A stretch of DNA of 64,000 nt from Pristiophorus japonicus (GCF_044704955.1 NC_091994.1:107260001-107324000), one strand, 5' to 3'; positions 11,763 to 25,644 are shown, counted from the stretch's first letter. Program-made: numbers and translations. Notes: generated by a model not told the origin, from the sequence alone.

Positions 11763-14399
11763 ATGGAGATGTTTAAAAAAAAGTCGAAGCGCAGAAACAT
11801 CGAAAAGGACGGGAGGTTGAGGGCACCCGCTTTCGACGAGACGTAGTCACCCACCCTTCGCGAATATTACAGCGAGGTACTCCTACCTAATGAAGGGTGG
11901 TCGTGGAAAGCCCCCCCCACCCCCCAAAGGAGTACAATAGGATATGGGACAAGATAGGGGAGGCTGTGTCCTCCACAAGTACCATGGTACGCACCGGGGA
12001 AAGGTGCCCTAAGAGGTGGAATGACCTGGTGAGGGTAGCAAGAGTAAGTAATGATTTTATTTCTGCACCCCCCCATGTGCCATGTACCATGTAAATGTAG
12101 GTTCAATGTCACACGGATGATGTTATTTATCTTAAGGTTACGCCGATGTATTCGTGCTTTCAGGCAATGACAAAAGGATCAATGTAGTGTTTTAATGTGT
12201 GCGCGCGTGTGTGACCCTGTATATCTGCAATGTTGAGATTGAAGATTTTTTACTGTCATTTACTTCACTTTCTGCAGAAGACGACATCTGCAATCATCAT
12301 TATCGGCAGTCCCTCGGAATCGAGGAAGACTTGCTTCCACTCTTAGCATGAGTTCTTAGGTGGCTGTACAGTCCAATACGAGAACCACAGTCTCTGTCAC
12401 AGGTGGGACAGATAGTCGTTGCTAAGCTCCCGGGCAACTATGGCGGTGCGGCGTTCCACTGCTGTTGGAGTTGTCCATGAGGGTCCTGACGTTCCAGGTC
12501 CCGAACTTCATGTTAGAGGAGTGGAAGATGCCTGCGCATGATTTCTTTTAACGTGGGGTGATCGTTGCACGCCGGCTACCACACGGGCTTAGCTGAGCGA
12601 GGTCTTGATCCAGTGACAAGGAAGTCCAGGACGACTGGAGACCAGGCACTGCTCTATGGCCTAATTGCCTGCAGCGAAGTGTTGGCCGCAGGCTCGGCGA
12701 TGGGTAGCGCCTTTGGTGGTAGGTGGTCCAAGGTTTGTTTGAGGGCAGGCATTGGGGGGCCAGCGTTGCACTGGGGTTCAGAATGGGGGGTGGGGAATGG
12801 GGGGGGTGGGCAGGGGGTCACAGCCATTGTACTCACCATGTGCTGGAGGAGGAGAGGAGACCAGGCCATCATTGGGGAAGGAGAGGTCCAGACTGGTGGG
12901 GGGGGTGGGGGGTGGAGGGAGGAGGTGGAGGCCCGATAGCCAGGTCCAGCCGCCGAGTCGTCGCAGGAGGTCCAGGTCGCGTTGAGTCGTCCAACCGCCG
13001 CAGGAGGTCCAGCCGGAAGGCCCAAGTTGGGTCGAGTCAGCAGGAGGGCCAGCCGGGAAAGACCGATGTGCGGTGTGGCAGAAGGCCTGAGGTAGGCCCG
13101 AACTTTTGGGAATCGCGGGGTTAGGGTTAGGGTGGGGATTTAAGTCTTTAAGATCTGCAATAGCAGCTCATTAGCAGCATACAGGGGGAGGACCCACAAC
13201 CCAAGAGCCATTGACAGTAAAAGAGATCCGTGCCCTGTCCCTGTTCGGGGATAGCAACCATGCCACCACCAGTATTGGAGCTGACCCACTCACACAGGAT
13301 GGTAAGTTGAATACAATCCCCCGTCTGTGTTGCGGTCCTGTCATGTAATGTAACTGTATTGTTGGCCTCACATAATGTAATGTAAGTTTATTGCACTCTA
13401 ATGTTGGCCTCATGTGACGCACCACAATGCGTATATGGATTGTCTGTCTGCGATATGTAATACAGCAGTGGTGGACATTTAAGTATGACTGCGCTAAGTC
13501 ACTGTACTATGTACTCATGTAACCCTGACCCCTCCCCCTGGTGCCAAGCATTTTTAAATGTTGTTTTGTACTTCCAGACTCGGTCGATTCAGACCACACC
13601 TCCAGAGAGAGACCAGACAAGAGACCCACTGCCTCCACCTCTGGCGTCGCCCAGCCCTCTCCCGACCTCACCACTGGCAGAGATGATGAAGAGGAATAGA
13701 AAGAGGAAAAGCTGCTAATCCTGGAGCCAGTGGAGGTGGAGGTGGGGGTGGAGATGGAGGAAGATACACCAGTTCCATATGGGCCAGCTGGAACATCCTC
13801 CACCACCGAGTCTGTATTCAGGGGATTCCCCCATGGCTCCTCTGATTCTGGGGGACCAAGTGGTGTGCAGCAACGCATCCCCAGTGTTGCAGCGCCTTTG
13901 CCGCAGCGACAGAGGTTGGTGCATAAAAAGGTTGCTGCATGACAGATGCACTGTCGTAGGTCGAGAGCTGCTCGAGGCCATGGCTACAATAGCTGCAAAC
14001 ATCACGGCTCTATCAAAGTGACAGTCAGGGAATATGTTGGGTATGATCATCGCGATAGAGCGAACCGTCAACTCCGTCAAAGCCATGCGGCAATCAATGG
14101 GATCGGGACATGGCACGGAATCCCCCCCCCGTGCCATAGTAGTCAGGTCGACAGCACCCGAAGGTAGGGAGCTGACAGCATCTTCCAGCCCTGAAGCTGT
14201 GCCTTCCACATCACGAGTTTCTCCTGAGGCCCCATTTATTGCGCCTGCAATGTTTGACTTCCAACAGCAACAGCACTCTGGGTACCATGCTGCACGCCAG
14301 CTTACCACCACGGGGAGGTCCAGACTCAGGGCAGTGGGAAAGGGAAGGGCGGGAGTAAGAAAGCAGGGGGGGGGGGGAATAATCCCAAAGGTGGTGTAG
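11763..14399 (+). pseudogene. Harbinger Myb/SANT-like DNA-binding protein, 3 exons (~11763-12043, 12278-13301 interrupted, 13578-14399)
   Basis: YNRIWDKIGEAVSSTSTMVRTGERCPKRWNDL followed by GTAAGT. Canonical acceptors at 12277 and 13577. Contains stops and frameshifts. Confidence 0.8.
12295..13152 (-). mobile_element. Internally deleted (bipartite) RTE element
   Basis: 5' UTR plus ORF start MKFGTWNVRTL (ATG at 12511) fused at ~12421 to the RTE 3' end with (GAT)n. TSD ATCTGCAAT at 12286-12294 and 13153-13161. Confidence 0.85.
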
Positions 14400-14658
14400 C
14401 ATTCTGTCGCGGTCGTGGTCGAGGACAGTAAAGGGTCTTTTCTTGTACTTGTTCATTTAATAATCCAAGTTTGATTTTTAAAAGTTTATTCAAGTTGTTA
14501 AAAGTTTTGTTAAAGTTGTTATTAAAGTTGTTTTACAGTTATAAGCTTTACAAAGTTTTTAAATTGTTGTATGTTTGTTACATTTTTACATAAACGTTTG
14601 AATTGAATTTTAGCACTCTTGTACAGTCATCAGGGTCCCAAAAAGCAGCTCTCCATAT

Positions 14659-15860
14659 TCAAGCAAAGCATTTATTTATGAGCTGCTGACGTAACAATTT
14701 TTCAGTGGCATACGCTCTGCGTGCCCTCCGCTGTGATGTTGGGGGGGTGGTGGTGCCATGGGTTCATCTGGAAACTCCTCCCCATCCTTCTCCGCCTCAT
14801 TTTCCTCCTCTTCCTCCTCCGTCTCCTGCACTCTCTCCTCAGGTGGTCCGGCAGTCCCCTGTGGCAGTTCCTGTCCCCGTATGATTGCTAAATTATATAA
14901 CATGCAGCACACCACTGTGAACTGAGCAACCTGCTCAGGGTGGTATTGCAGCCTACACCTCCCGAGTGATCCAAGCATCGAAAGCGCTGCTTCAGCACTC
15001 CAATTGTCTTTTTGATAATATTACGTGTGGCTATATGGCTCTTATTATATCGTTGCTTGGCTTCTATCTGAGGGTTCCGCAGGGGGGGGTCAAGAGCCAG
15101 GTGGCGAGGCCGTACCCTTTGTCCCCCAGCATCCAGCATTTACATTATGGCTCAGACTTTCAACAGGTCAGACACAGTGCTCTCACGCAAGATGTGCGCA
15201 TCATGGATGCTCCCTGGAAAGTTGCCATTCACTGTCATTATGCGCTGTGTATAGTCGCATACGAGCTGCACGGTGATGGAGTGAAATCCCTTACGGTTTT
15301 GGTACACCTCCGCCTTCTGTAACGGTGCTCGCTGGGCAAAATGGGTACAGTCAACAGCACCCTGCACCTTGGGAAAGCCAGCAATGTGTGCAAATCCCAA
15401 AGCCCCATCACTGTGCCTCTCTGGTCATTGGGAAGTTTATAAATTCCATCTGGCGTGCATACGGTGCTTCGGTTACCTGTCGAATGCACTGATGAGAAGC
15501 ATACTGAGAAATACAGCATATGTCCCCAACTGATGCCTGAAAAGAGCCACATGCATAAAAGTCACCTTCATCTCGACAGAGTGCAGGGATGTTAGTTGCA
15601 CTGGGCTGCAAGTCTGCCTTAATGAGCTGCCAAATCTCATTGATCACCTCTTTTCGGAAGCGCATCCTTCGAACACACTGTCGATCGGTCAGGTCCAAGT
15701 ATGAGCGCTTCTCCCTGAAAATTCTTTGCGGGTAAGGCCTCCTCATCAGTCTGCAATGTCCTCCATTACCTTGATAACTCTGCTCAATAAACCTTCTCAC
15801 ATCGGGATCCTCCATTAGACAGGTAGTCAGCAATATAGGCTCAGATAGTACAAGCCCCAT
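14659..15860 (-). pseudogene. Harbinger DDE transposase (HARBI1-like family), frameshifted
   Basis: Motifs GAVDCTH, RKGFHSITVQLVCD, PGSIHDA, WMLGDKGY and IGVLKQRFRCL across several frames. Confidence 0.92.
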
Positions 15861-16344
15861 TCTTTTTAAATCTCCAGAATATTTTTCAATGAAAAAAATA
15901 TAACTAAAATGCCTTTGATCTTAATAGCTTATTCAGTACCAATAAAAATATATTTTCCACTGTAAATCGCACTGTAAAGTCACTGTTCACCTCAGAAATA
16001 CTGAGGTGCTGCTTTCGCTGACGGTTCTCGATTTCAAAATGGTGGCTCTGAGCACTGCCGCCCATTCCCGCCCACTTAACATCGCCTTAAAACCACCTTT
16101 TCCAGGACGGTATGTCGGTGGTATGCCATGAAAATCGGACATTTTGGGCAGTATGCGGGCGGTTCCGCACGGCGGACGATGTGCATACTGCTTGACGGTA
16201 TGTCAATGATGAATATTCCGCCGAGTGGCATGTCGGTGGTATGTAGGTGTTTTTTTCACTAAAATCGTATTTTTGAGTGGTAAGCGGGCGGTAGGTTGAT
16301 GATTTTCGGTGCCCAAGTAATATTATGTAAATGAAATTTCATGG

Positions 16345-17041
16345 TTTGAGCTAAACCTGTATCAAACCTTGGTTAGACCACACTTGGGAGTACTGTGTAC
16401 AATTCTGGTCGCCGTATTATAAAAAGGATATAGAGGCACTGGTGAGGCTACAAAAAGGATTTACAAGGATGATACCAGAAATGTGAGGTTATACTCATCG
16501 GGAAAGAAAGAATAGACTGGATCTCATTTCTCTTTTAAAAAGAAAAGGCCGAGGGGTGACTTAATGGAGGTCTTCCCGATCATGAAAGGTTTTGATAGAG
16601 AGTGTTTCCACTTGGGGAAGAGCAAAACTGGAAGCCATCAATATAAGATAGTCACCAATAAAACAAATAGGAAATTTAAAATAAACTTTTTTTACCCAAA
16701 GAGTGGCGAGAATGTGGAACTCGCTAAATGGTGCAGAGGAACAAAGGGATCTCTGGGTACAAATAAACAATTTACTAATAGTAGCAACGTAGGTTAATAA
16801 GGCCATTAAAAAAGGCAAACCAAGCACTAGGGTTTTATTTCTAGAGGGAGTGATTGGGGCTTATAGTATAGATACATTTAAGGGGAGCCGAGAAAAGCAT
16901 ATGAGGGAGAAAGAAAGAGGATTATGCTGAGTTAGATGAGAAAAGATGGGAAGAGGCTCGGATGGAACAGAAACACCGACATGGACTGGTTGGGCCAAAT
17001 GGCCTGAATCTGTGCCGTATATCCTATGTAACCCTATGTAA
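16345..17041 (+). mobile_element. CR1 LINE 3' fragment, rearranged
   Basis: LVRPHL-like coding, RGDLMEVF, and a CR1 3' UTR. Confidence 0.75.
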
Positions 17042-18687
17042 AATATATAAGCCTCATATTGGCGATCTCTAGGATAACTGTAACAAGTGACGGATCAGAA
17101 TTGTTGGAACTGCATCACAACCAAATCTTTTCCATTAAACACTGAATAAAGTTTTGGGAAAGATTTTCTAAATGTCATAAATGTCAAGATAATCTCTACT
17201 TGAGGATAAAAGTTCTGTATTTTACATTTTATTCCTTGCAGTCAAAGAACTGCTAAGTTCCACTTGAGAAGCGATAGTTCAAGAGCCAGACCATTTGTGG
17301 TGAATTATCAACATAGCAGGGTTGCTCTATGGACCAAAGACCCTGAACAAAATTTCAGCAACATTTTGCTGATCAAAGGCACTGAATCTGGGTTACCCTA
17401 CTGGTGCTTCAGATCTGCTCCTGATAGAAATATACACACAACACTCAGTTGCTTCTAGTATAAATATTAGCAATCAAAACAGTGGCAAAATTGAAGCTTT
17501 GACTACATACATCAAAAGTATCTGCAAACTTATAACTTTTCTCTGATCCATTTCTGTCATTATTAGCAATAAGTAAAAGACATTTTTTTTTTAAATCAGC
17601 CTTTTTAAAATGCTCAACTATTAGCACAGCTGTAAAACTTTTTAAATGAAACACAATTATTCTGGCAAAAATACAAAAGTTTTCAAAAAAGGTTTATATG
17701 ATGCAATGTCATTCAAGAGCTTCCGGGACAAACCTGGAACTGAAAGGTGTTCCAGAGAAGTGGACAGAGAAAATTGTGGGAAAGTCCTTTATTAGTTGCT
17801 TGGAGAAGGTTGTGCCCTGACCTTCCCAACAGGCAGCAGAGATGGGAATTAGTGGCTCATAGCACTTTGCAACACAAAAATCCACTTGCTGCATAACAAT
17901 TTTAAACATGTACTGAAATGTTCAAATTCATTTGAGTCTCTCAGAACCTTGGTAGTATACAGGTACCTGTGAAATTGCTACACATAAAACTGCTATACTG
18001 CCTTAAATGTTTCCATACCCGAGCAGTTAACACAATGATGTACAATGTAGTTTTCTGGGAACTATTTTTGTTTCACAACGTCAGAAAGTGATTTATAATA
18101 ACAACTGCATTGTCACTTATCTGTAAAAATCAAATGACTGCTAAACAACAGAAGTGTTTCAGAAGCAGAAAAACTTTTATAGTCTTTCAAAGGTTGCCAA
18201 CATCTTAACAATGGAAACTAAGCTCGGTAAGAGCAGTGTGTTGGGTTTCCGGGGGTGGGGGGAGGGGGGTGAAAGGAAAAGGGAGGAATTATGATTGGTG
18301 TAAAATCCCCTATCTGGACAGCACTAGTGAGCTGAATGTTTTCATGTCCATTTGGAAGGAGAACAAGAAAAAAAATGAACCAGGGTGTAGCATTTAAAAC
18401 TTTGTTGAAATGATGAAAAAAAACAACCACCACTGTGGATAAAATTACTTAATTTATTTCAGAGTTAGGCAATTAGTGGTTTTTTTGTACATGTTATTTC
18501 AGGCTGGTTGAAGAAAGCATCACAAATTTAAAAACATATGGCTAATGTGGCTGTTTTTTAAACTACACTGCATCTATACTTAAAATAGTTTTTTTTACTT
18601 GCAGGGCTAAACAATAACCCAGTTGCAGGAAACTTCTTATATTAGCATATCCCAATTTGTCAACCAAATTAATATTAAAACAGTAAT

Positions 18688-19523
18688 ACAAAAGCAAAAT
18701 ACTGCAAAATCTGGAATAAAAACTGAAAATACTGGAAATCTCAGCGGGTCAGGCAGCATCTGTGGAGAGGAAGCAGGGTTAACATTTCGGGTCGATGACC
18801 CTTCGTCAGAACTGGCGAATGTTCGAAAAGAACAGATTCTTAACAAGCACTGAAAGGGGGAGGGGAAGAAAGAACAAAAGGGAAGGTCTGTGATAAGGTG
18901 GAAGACAAGAGAGATTAGAGAGACAAAAGGGATGATGGCCCAAATTCAAATGGTAATGCCAGGAATTAGAAAAATGTTAGTCGAGATAGAGTGTGAACAT
19001 AAGAACATAAGAATTAGGAACAGGAGTAGGCCATCTAGCCCCTCGAGCCTGCTCCGCCATTCAATAAGATCATGGCTGATCTGGCCGTGGACTCAGCTCC
19101 ACTTACCCGCCCTCTCCCCGTAACCCTTAATTCCCTTATTGGTTAAAAATCTATCTATCTGTGACTTGAATACATTCAATGAGCTAGCCTCAACTGCTTC
19201 CTTGGGCAGACATGGTGGGATTATGACCAACTGCCATTAGAGACCAGGAGTAAAAAAAAAGAAACAGGCTCTGAAGGGGGGGGGGGGGGGGGGGTAAAAG
19301 GAGCCAAAGATTGGCAGCGGTTACGCTCTGAAATTTTTTAATTCAATGTTTAGTCCAGAAAGCTGTAAAGTGCCTAAACGAAAGATGAAGTGCTGTTCCG
19401 CGAGCTTGCGTTGAGCTTCGTTGAAACAGTGTTGGAGACCGAGGGCAGAGATGTCAGAGTGGGAATTCAGTAGAGAATTCAAGTGACAGGCGACTGGAAG
19501 CTCAGGGTCGCACCTGCGGACTA
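18688..19523 (-). mobile_element. Penelope-like element fragment with a nested CR1 3' piece (~18996-19210)
   Basis: Same terminus as 1451 and 44715; hammerhead core at ~18776-18815. Confidence 0.75.
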
Positions 19524-19799
19524 ATACTGAAATAAGCTGTGTTACGCAGCAAGTTTGTTAAAAGTACAGAATGAGCAAAAAAGAACTGAAATCAAACAAG
19601 AGCAGACACAAAATTACTGCAGTGAGATAATAGACAAAGGTTATAAAAATGTTATATTGAACAGGTAAGGAAAGAATGCAAAACATAATTTGAAAGGCTG
19701 GTACTGTTCGCATACTGGTGTATTTATGGAGCAATTAAATCTCATTTGCATGGAAGCCGGTGTGGACGAGAAAAAAAAGTATTCAATAGATTTTTAAAT

Positions 19800-20270
19800 T
19801 AGAATTATGGAATTATAGAAATTTACAGCACGGAAGGAGGCCATTTGGCCCATTGTGCCTGTGCCAGCCGAAAAATAGCTTTCCAGCCTAATCTCACTTT
19901 CCAGCTCTTGGTCTGTAGCCCTGTAAGCCAAAGCACTTCAAGTGCACAATTAAGTACTTTTTAAATGTGGTGAGGGTTCTGCTTCTACCACCCTTTCAGG
20001 CAGCAAGTTCCAGGCTCCACCACCCTCTGGGTGAAAAAAGTTCTCCTCAACCCCCCTCTAATTCTTCTACGATTTAATTTAAATTTATGCCTCCTGGTTA
20101 TTGGCCTCTCTGCTAAGTGGATCCTTTCGATCCATTCAATCTCGGCCCCTAATAATTTTAGGCATCTCAATCAAGTCTTCCCTCAGTCTCCTCTGTTTCA
20201 AAGAAAACAACCCCGACTTATCCAATCTTTCCTTATGGCTCAAATTCTCCAGTCTTGGCAACATCCTCAT
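19800..20270 (-). mobile_element. CR1 3' fragment
   Basis: TRRHKFKL..RRTFFTQRVV. Confidence 0.75.
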
Positions 20271-20904
20271 TGCTCCCAGCCCATTTTCCCCCTCCTATCC
20301 TAAGGAACCAATTCCTGCCAAGATCAAATTCCACACACACCGACAGCACTCTGGCAGCTCTGGAGCATGCTAGTTGACCGTAGTGGAAATCCAGGTTGAT
20401 TTTTCCCTATCTTAGTCTAGAGATGCTGAGGCATAATAACGCCACCGCTGCTCCTACAGACGTCAGCTAACTCAGCAAGGAATTGGAATCAAACCTGGGA
20501 GATTCTCGAGTAGATGGCTTACTCTGACTCTGGGCAATGCCTTATCCAAGGCACAGAACATGATCATTTAAATCGTAAGATTCTCTCTGTGAGATCTTTG
20601 TTTCCAAAAGATTCGACGTTGACCCAAATTGGTAGCAGAGATTAAAACTTTATTTCCTAATTATATTGTGCTTCAAATTATGTAATATACAATGTATTGT
20701 TGCATCATATTAAATCTGTTGGCAGGACAATTTGCAAGGCACATTACTGTTTTGCTAATGAGCAGCAATAGTCTTGCAGTGTGCCAACTGATTTTAGCAA
20801 TTGCTCTCCTATTGATTAAAATGACTAAAGAAAGCACTTCCTTGATAGACTCTGAAGGACAGAAAATGATGTTTTTAAACTAGTGCTGTACGAGTTGTGA
20901 AAAC

Positions 20905-22045
20905 AGTCATTGGGCCCCTCGAGCCCACTCCTCCATGCAATAGCATGGCTGATGTGATCTTGGCTTCAACTCCACTTCCCTGCCCACTCCTCATAACCCT
21001 TGACTCCCTTAATCATTTAAAAATGTCTATCTCCACCTTAAATATATTCAATGACCCAGCCTCCACAGCTCTCTGGGGCAGAGAATTCCAAAGATTCATG
21101 GTCCTCACAGAAGAAATTCCTCCTCATTTCCATTTTAAATGGGCAACCCCTTATTCTGAAACTATACCCCCTAGTTCTAGATTCCCCCACGAGGGGAAAC
21201 ATTCTCTCAGCATCTACCCTGTCCAACCCCCTCATAATCTTATATGTTTCAAAAAGATAATCTCTCATTCTTCGAAGCTCCAATGAGTATAGGCCCAACC
21301 TGTCTTCATAAGACAACCCCTTCATAAGAACATAGGAACATAAGAACATAAGAAATAGGAGCAGTAGGCCATACGGCCCCTCGAGCCTGCTCCACCATTC
21401 AATAAGATTCTGGCTGATCTGATCATGGACTCAGCTCCACTTCCCCGCCCGCTCCACATAACCCCTTATCCCCTTATTGTTTAAAGAAACTGTGTATTTC
21501 TGTCTTAAATTTATTCAATGTCCCAGCTTCCACAGCTCTCTGAAGCAGCGGATTTCACAGATTTACAACCCTCAGAAGAAATTTCTCCTCATCTGTTTTA
21601 AATGGGCGGTCCCTTATTCTAAAATCATGCCCTCTAGTTCTAGTTTCCCCCATCAGTGGAAACATCTTCTCTGCATCCACTTTGTCAAGCCCCCTCAATC
21701 ATCTTAGATGTTTCGATAAGATCACCTCTCATTCTTCTGAATTCCAATAAGTAGAGACCCAACCTACTCAACCTTTCCTCATAAGTCAACCCCCCTCATC
21801 CCCGGAATCAACCTCGAAAACCTTCTCTGAACAGTCTTCAGTGCAAGTATATCCTTCCTTAAATAAGACCTGTATGCAGTACTCCAGGTGTGGTCTCACC
21901 AACACCCTGTATAGTTGTAGCAGGGCTTCCCTACTTTTATACTCCATCCCCCTTGCTGTAACTGCATGCTAACTGTTTGTGTTTCATGTACAAGGACCCC
22001 CAGATCCATCTGTACCTCAGCATTTTGTAATCTTTCCCCCATTTT
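20905..22045 (-). mobile_element. Stacked/nested CR1 3' fragments
   Basis: GLYSLELRRMR, ESRTRG..RRNFF, and (TTCTTATG)n tails at ~21324-21355. Confidence 0.85.
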
Positions 22046-22249
22046 CTGTAGTAGTTTATACAATGAAAGCACTGATGTAAAGTTTTCCTAGTACAGTATT
22101 ACTTAAAAAAAAAATACACCAAATTGAACATGGGTACTGCTTCCACCAACACCTTATGAGTCAATCAAACAAGCACGTGTACTTTTTCTCTCTACTGAGT
22201 CATGATAGTATAAGACATCTCACCATGGGTGGTTGAGCCATCAACAAGG

Positions 22250-23263
22250 CAAGCAGTACTACAGTACGCAGACGACGCTTGCGTCTGCGCACATTCAGAA
22301 GCTGAACTCCAAGCCATCGTCAACATCTTCACCGAGGTGTACGAAAGCATGGGCCTTATACCAAACATCTGTAAGATAAAAGTCCTCCACAAACCTGACC
22401 CCGCCACACAGCACTGCCCCCCGGTCATCAAAATCCACGGCACAGCCTTGGACAACGTGGAGCACTTCCCATACCTCGGGAGCCTACTATCAGCAAGGAC
22501 AGACATCGACGACGAGGTCCAACACCGCCTCCAGTGCGCCAACACAGCCTTCTGTCGCCTGAGGAAGAAAGTGTTCGAAGACCAGGCCCTCAAATCTGGC
22601 ACCAAGCTTATGGTCTACAGGGCTCCTGTATGGCTCAGAGACGTGGACCATATACAGTAGATACCTCAAATCGCTGGAGAAATACCACCAACGATGTCTC
22701 CGCAAGATCCTGCAAATCCTCTGGGAGGATCGTCGCACCAACGTTAGTGTTCTCAATCAGGCCAACATCCCCAGCATCGAAGCACTGATCACACTCGACC
22801 AGCTCTATTGGGCGGGCTCCATTGGGCGGGCCACATCGTCCACATGTCCAACACGAGACTCCCAAAACAAGTGCTCTATTTAGAACTCCTACACAGCGAG
22901 CGAGCCCCAGATGGGCAGAGGAAATGTTTCAAGGACATCCTCAAAGCCTCCTTGATAAAGTGCAACATCCCCACCAGCACTTGGGAATCGCTGGCCAAAG
23001 ACCATCCTAAGTGGAGGAAGAGCATCCGGGAGGGCGCTGAGCACAGAGTCTCGTCGCCGAGAGCATGCAGAAAACAAGCGCAGGCAGCGGAAGGAGCGCG
23101 CGGCAAACCAGATTCCCCACCCACCCTTTCCTTCAACGACTGTCTGTCCCACCTGTGACAGAGACTATAATTCCCATATTGGACTGTACAGTTACCTGAG
23201 AACTCACTTTTAGAGTGGAAGCAAGTCTTCCTCGATTTTGAGGGACTGCCTATGATGATGATG
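22250..23263 (+). mobile_element. RTE LINE 3' fragment including the RT YADD motif
   Basis: LQYADDACVCAHSE..HFPYLGS; (GAT)n tail. Confidence 0.92.
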
Positions 23264-25011
23264 ATAGGATAAGCAAAGGTAGTATTAATCTGGATTGGCT
23301 GACACGAGGCACATTTACAATGCAGTTGCACCACAAGTTACACAATTTCTAGTTGGGAGTGCTCGTCTGATATTGGAGCTGGTCGTATTGTTGGGGCACC
23401 TGACCTGATCCAAGAATGTTTGATGCGGACACTGAATGCCTTAAATGTATGGTACACCATTCACCTATATAAAGACCCTTCATGTCAATTAGCTCAAAAA
23501 TTCACCATTTAAAAAGATAAGTCCTATCGAGTAGCATGTATTAACCCCAGATTAATTGAATTACATTGTTTTATCGGTTGCATAATTACATTTTTGACAA
23601 ACACATTTCTTTCCTGCAATCACAATTCCCTCAGTCTTCAGTGATACAGCATCAAAATGACCAGACCATGTGTGCACACAGCACTATTGTGGCCAGAGTG
23701 ACGACCCAAGAATAGATCAAACAATTAGTATACATTTATTATAAAATCTTTAGTAAAACCACAGATGATCCAAGCATAGTATCCAGAAAATTATAAATTC
23801 ACAATTAAAACCCATTAGAGCTGTACCAGTTTCGAGTGCAATGGTGGTATACCTTTCAGCAACTTGGGCTGATTTTTTCCAATATCAATTGCTGATGTGT
23901 TATCAGAGAGCAAAATTTGACCTTTGTATTTTCAAAATCAATGCTAGTTTTCCTCTGTAATGACTGTAGGCATTTGCAATTAGCTATTTAAGGGTAACAG
24001 GAGAGACTACATGAGTGAAACGTGAACCAGTGTTGCTTTTTGTAAAAAATCTGGGACTAAACATATAGCTTCACACAAACTGAGGGAGCAAACAGAGAAA
24101 CTCTCCTGTGTCTGCCTCTAATGAAACCTATGAATTCAGTGTGTCGTAAATATTGCAAAGGACTCCAATACTGCAATAGTCAAAAGATAATTAAGAGATT
24201 ATTAACACTGTAATTGCCTATTATACTGTTTGAAAATTCCTGTAATGCTTAATGAATTTTGTTCTCTTGTCACTCCTGTGTGAACTTTTTGCTCAGACCT
24301 CATGTGATGATTGGTACTATAGATTGAAGTACATTTTATGGATTAGATTTATAGGATTTGAAATCTAAAACCATTTATATAGGCAGCTAAAAATGAAGGT
24401 CCACAGCAGAAATGAATACGGTGCTACCATACCCAAGGTTCTCTGTGCAAGTAATAGATGTAGCGCTCAGCCTCACCTCAAGGCAAGATTACATCAATAG
24501 GGTAAAACCCTGATAAGCTGCATGCCTTCTTACCCACCATTACCTAATTTCACTCCAGCTTCAAGGTGCAAAATCATTTTGTTAAATCCAAAATGTTGAA
24601 TACAACTTTAGTATGCATATATGATTTTATTTTTACAGATAATTCTGCAAGAATGAAGACACCTACTCAGGTATACAACATTGTCCATTCTTCCCAATTA
24701 AATTTACAAAATGATGTTCATCGCTTCACATTTGCTGACATTTTTTAAGATTGTGGGAAACTACATTGAATTCGATGCCTGATGCACGCAATCTGTATGG
24801 GGGGGATGGGTTTGGTGCCATTGTGGACTTGCAGCCCATAGCATACTGAACATTGAAGCTGAGGAAACAAGGCAGTGATTGATTCAAAAGCAAATAGCTA
24901 GTTTAAACTACACGGTACATCCATGTTTAAAAATGAGTTACAGTGCCTAAACAACTGAGTGGAGAGGGTAAACTTAGACAGCGTGCCACTGATACAAAGA
25001 ATCTACTTGTT

Positions 25012-25470
25012 AAATGCAGTACTGAGGGAGTTTTGCACTGTCGAATGAACCATTAAATCGAGGCCCCTTCCGGCCTCTTAGGTGGATGTAAAAAATCCCA
25101 TGGCACTATTCAAATAACAGCAGGCAGTTTTCCCAGTATTCTGACCAATATTTATCTATCAATCAACATCACTGAAAACAGATTATCAGGTTATTATCTC
25201 ATTGCCGTTTGTGGGGCCTTGCTGTGCACAATTTGGCTGCCGCATTTCCCTACATTAGAATAGTGACTACATTTCAGAAGCAATGTTCCTCTTTAAGGTG
25301 CACCAAGCAGGAGGTCTCGTGCAGGCCGCTCACCAGCTGCTGCTGCCGCTGGGACATACCGCACATGCAACTGCTGTGCACTTAAGACCCCAAATTGTGG
25401 GGACCATTGTTCATAAGTACTTCATTGGCTGTGAAGTGCTTTCGGATCTTCTGAGGCCGTAAAAGGCGTT
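25012..25470 (+). mobile_element. Deu-domain SINE interrupted by a MITE
   Basis: Core and tail match 3226-3592. Confidence 0.75.
25281..25409. mobile_element. 129-bp hAT-like MITE
   Basis: TIR CAATGTTCC/GGACCATTG; 8-bp TSD TTCAGAAG/TTCATAAG. Confidence 0.7.
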
Positions 25471-25644
25471 TGTTCTTAATTTAAATATTTAAAATAGAGG
25501 ATAAAAAGCCATTGCTGCAGGAGACTTGGATTGCTCCCAAGATGTTAAAATCTGTTCCACTTAGCTCTTTTTATTGTATTAGTTGAAATAAATCTAAGCA
25601 GAATATGCCAGCACAAAGAGAAGCATAAGTTGAAGCCTTACTAT

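Larger units (their letters stand above)
11306..16318. mobile_element. PIF/Harbinger DNA transposon, two convergent decayed genes
   Basis: Imperfect TIRs ACTTGGGACCCAAAATTGGTCAA and TTGATGATTTTCGGTGCCCAAGT, flanked by AAT/AAT. Contains transposase and Myb/SANT genes. Confidence 0.9.

Noticed and set aside
13118-13133. Interstitial telomere or fusion site
   Set aside because: Only two units, inside a TSD-bounded retroelement.
14659-15860. Domesticated HARBI1 or MSANTD host genes
   Set aside because: Multiple frameshifts and flanking TIRs indicate a transposon copy.
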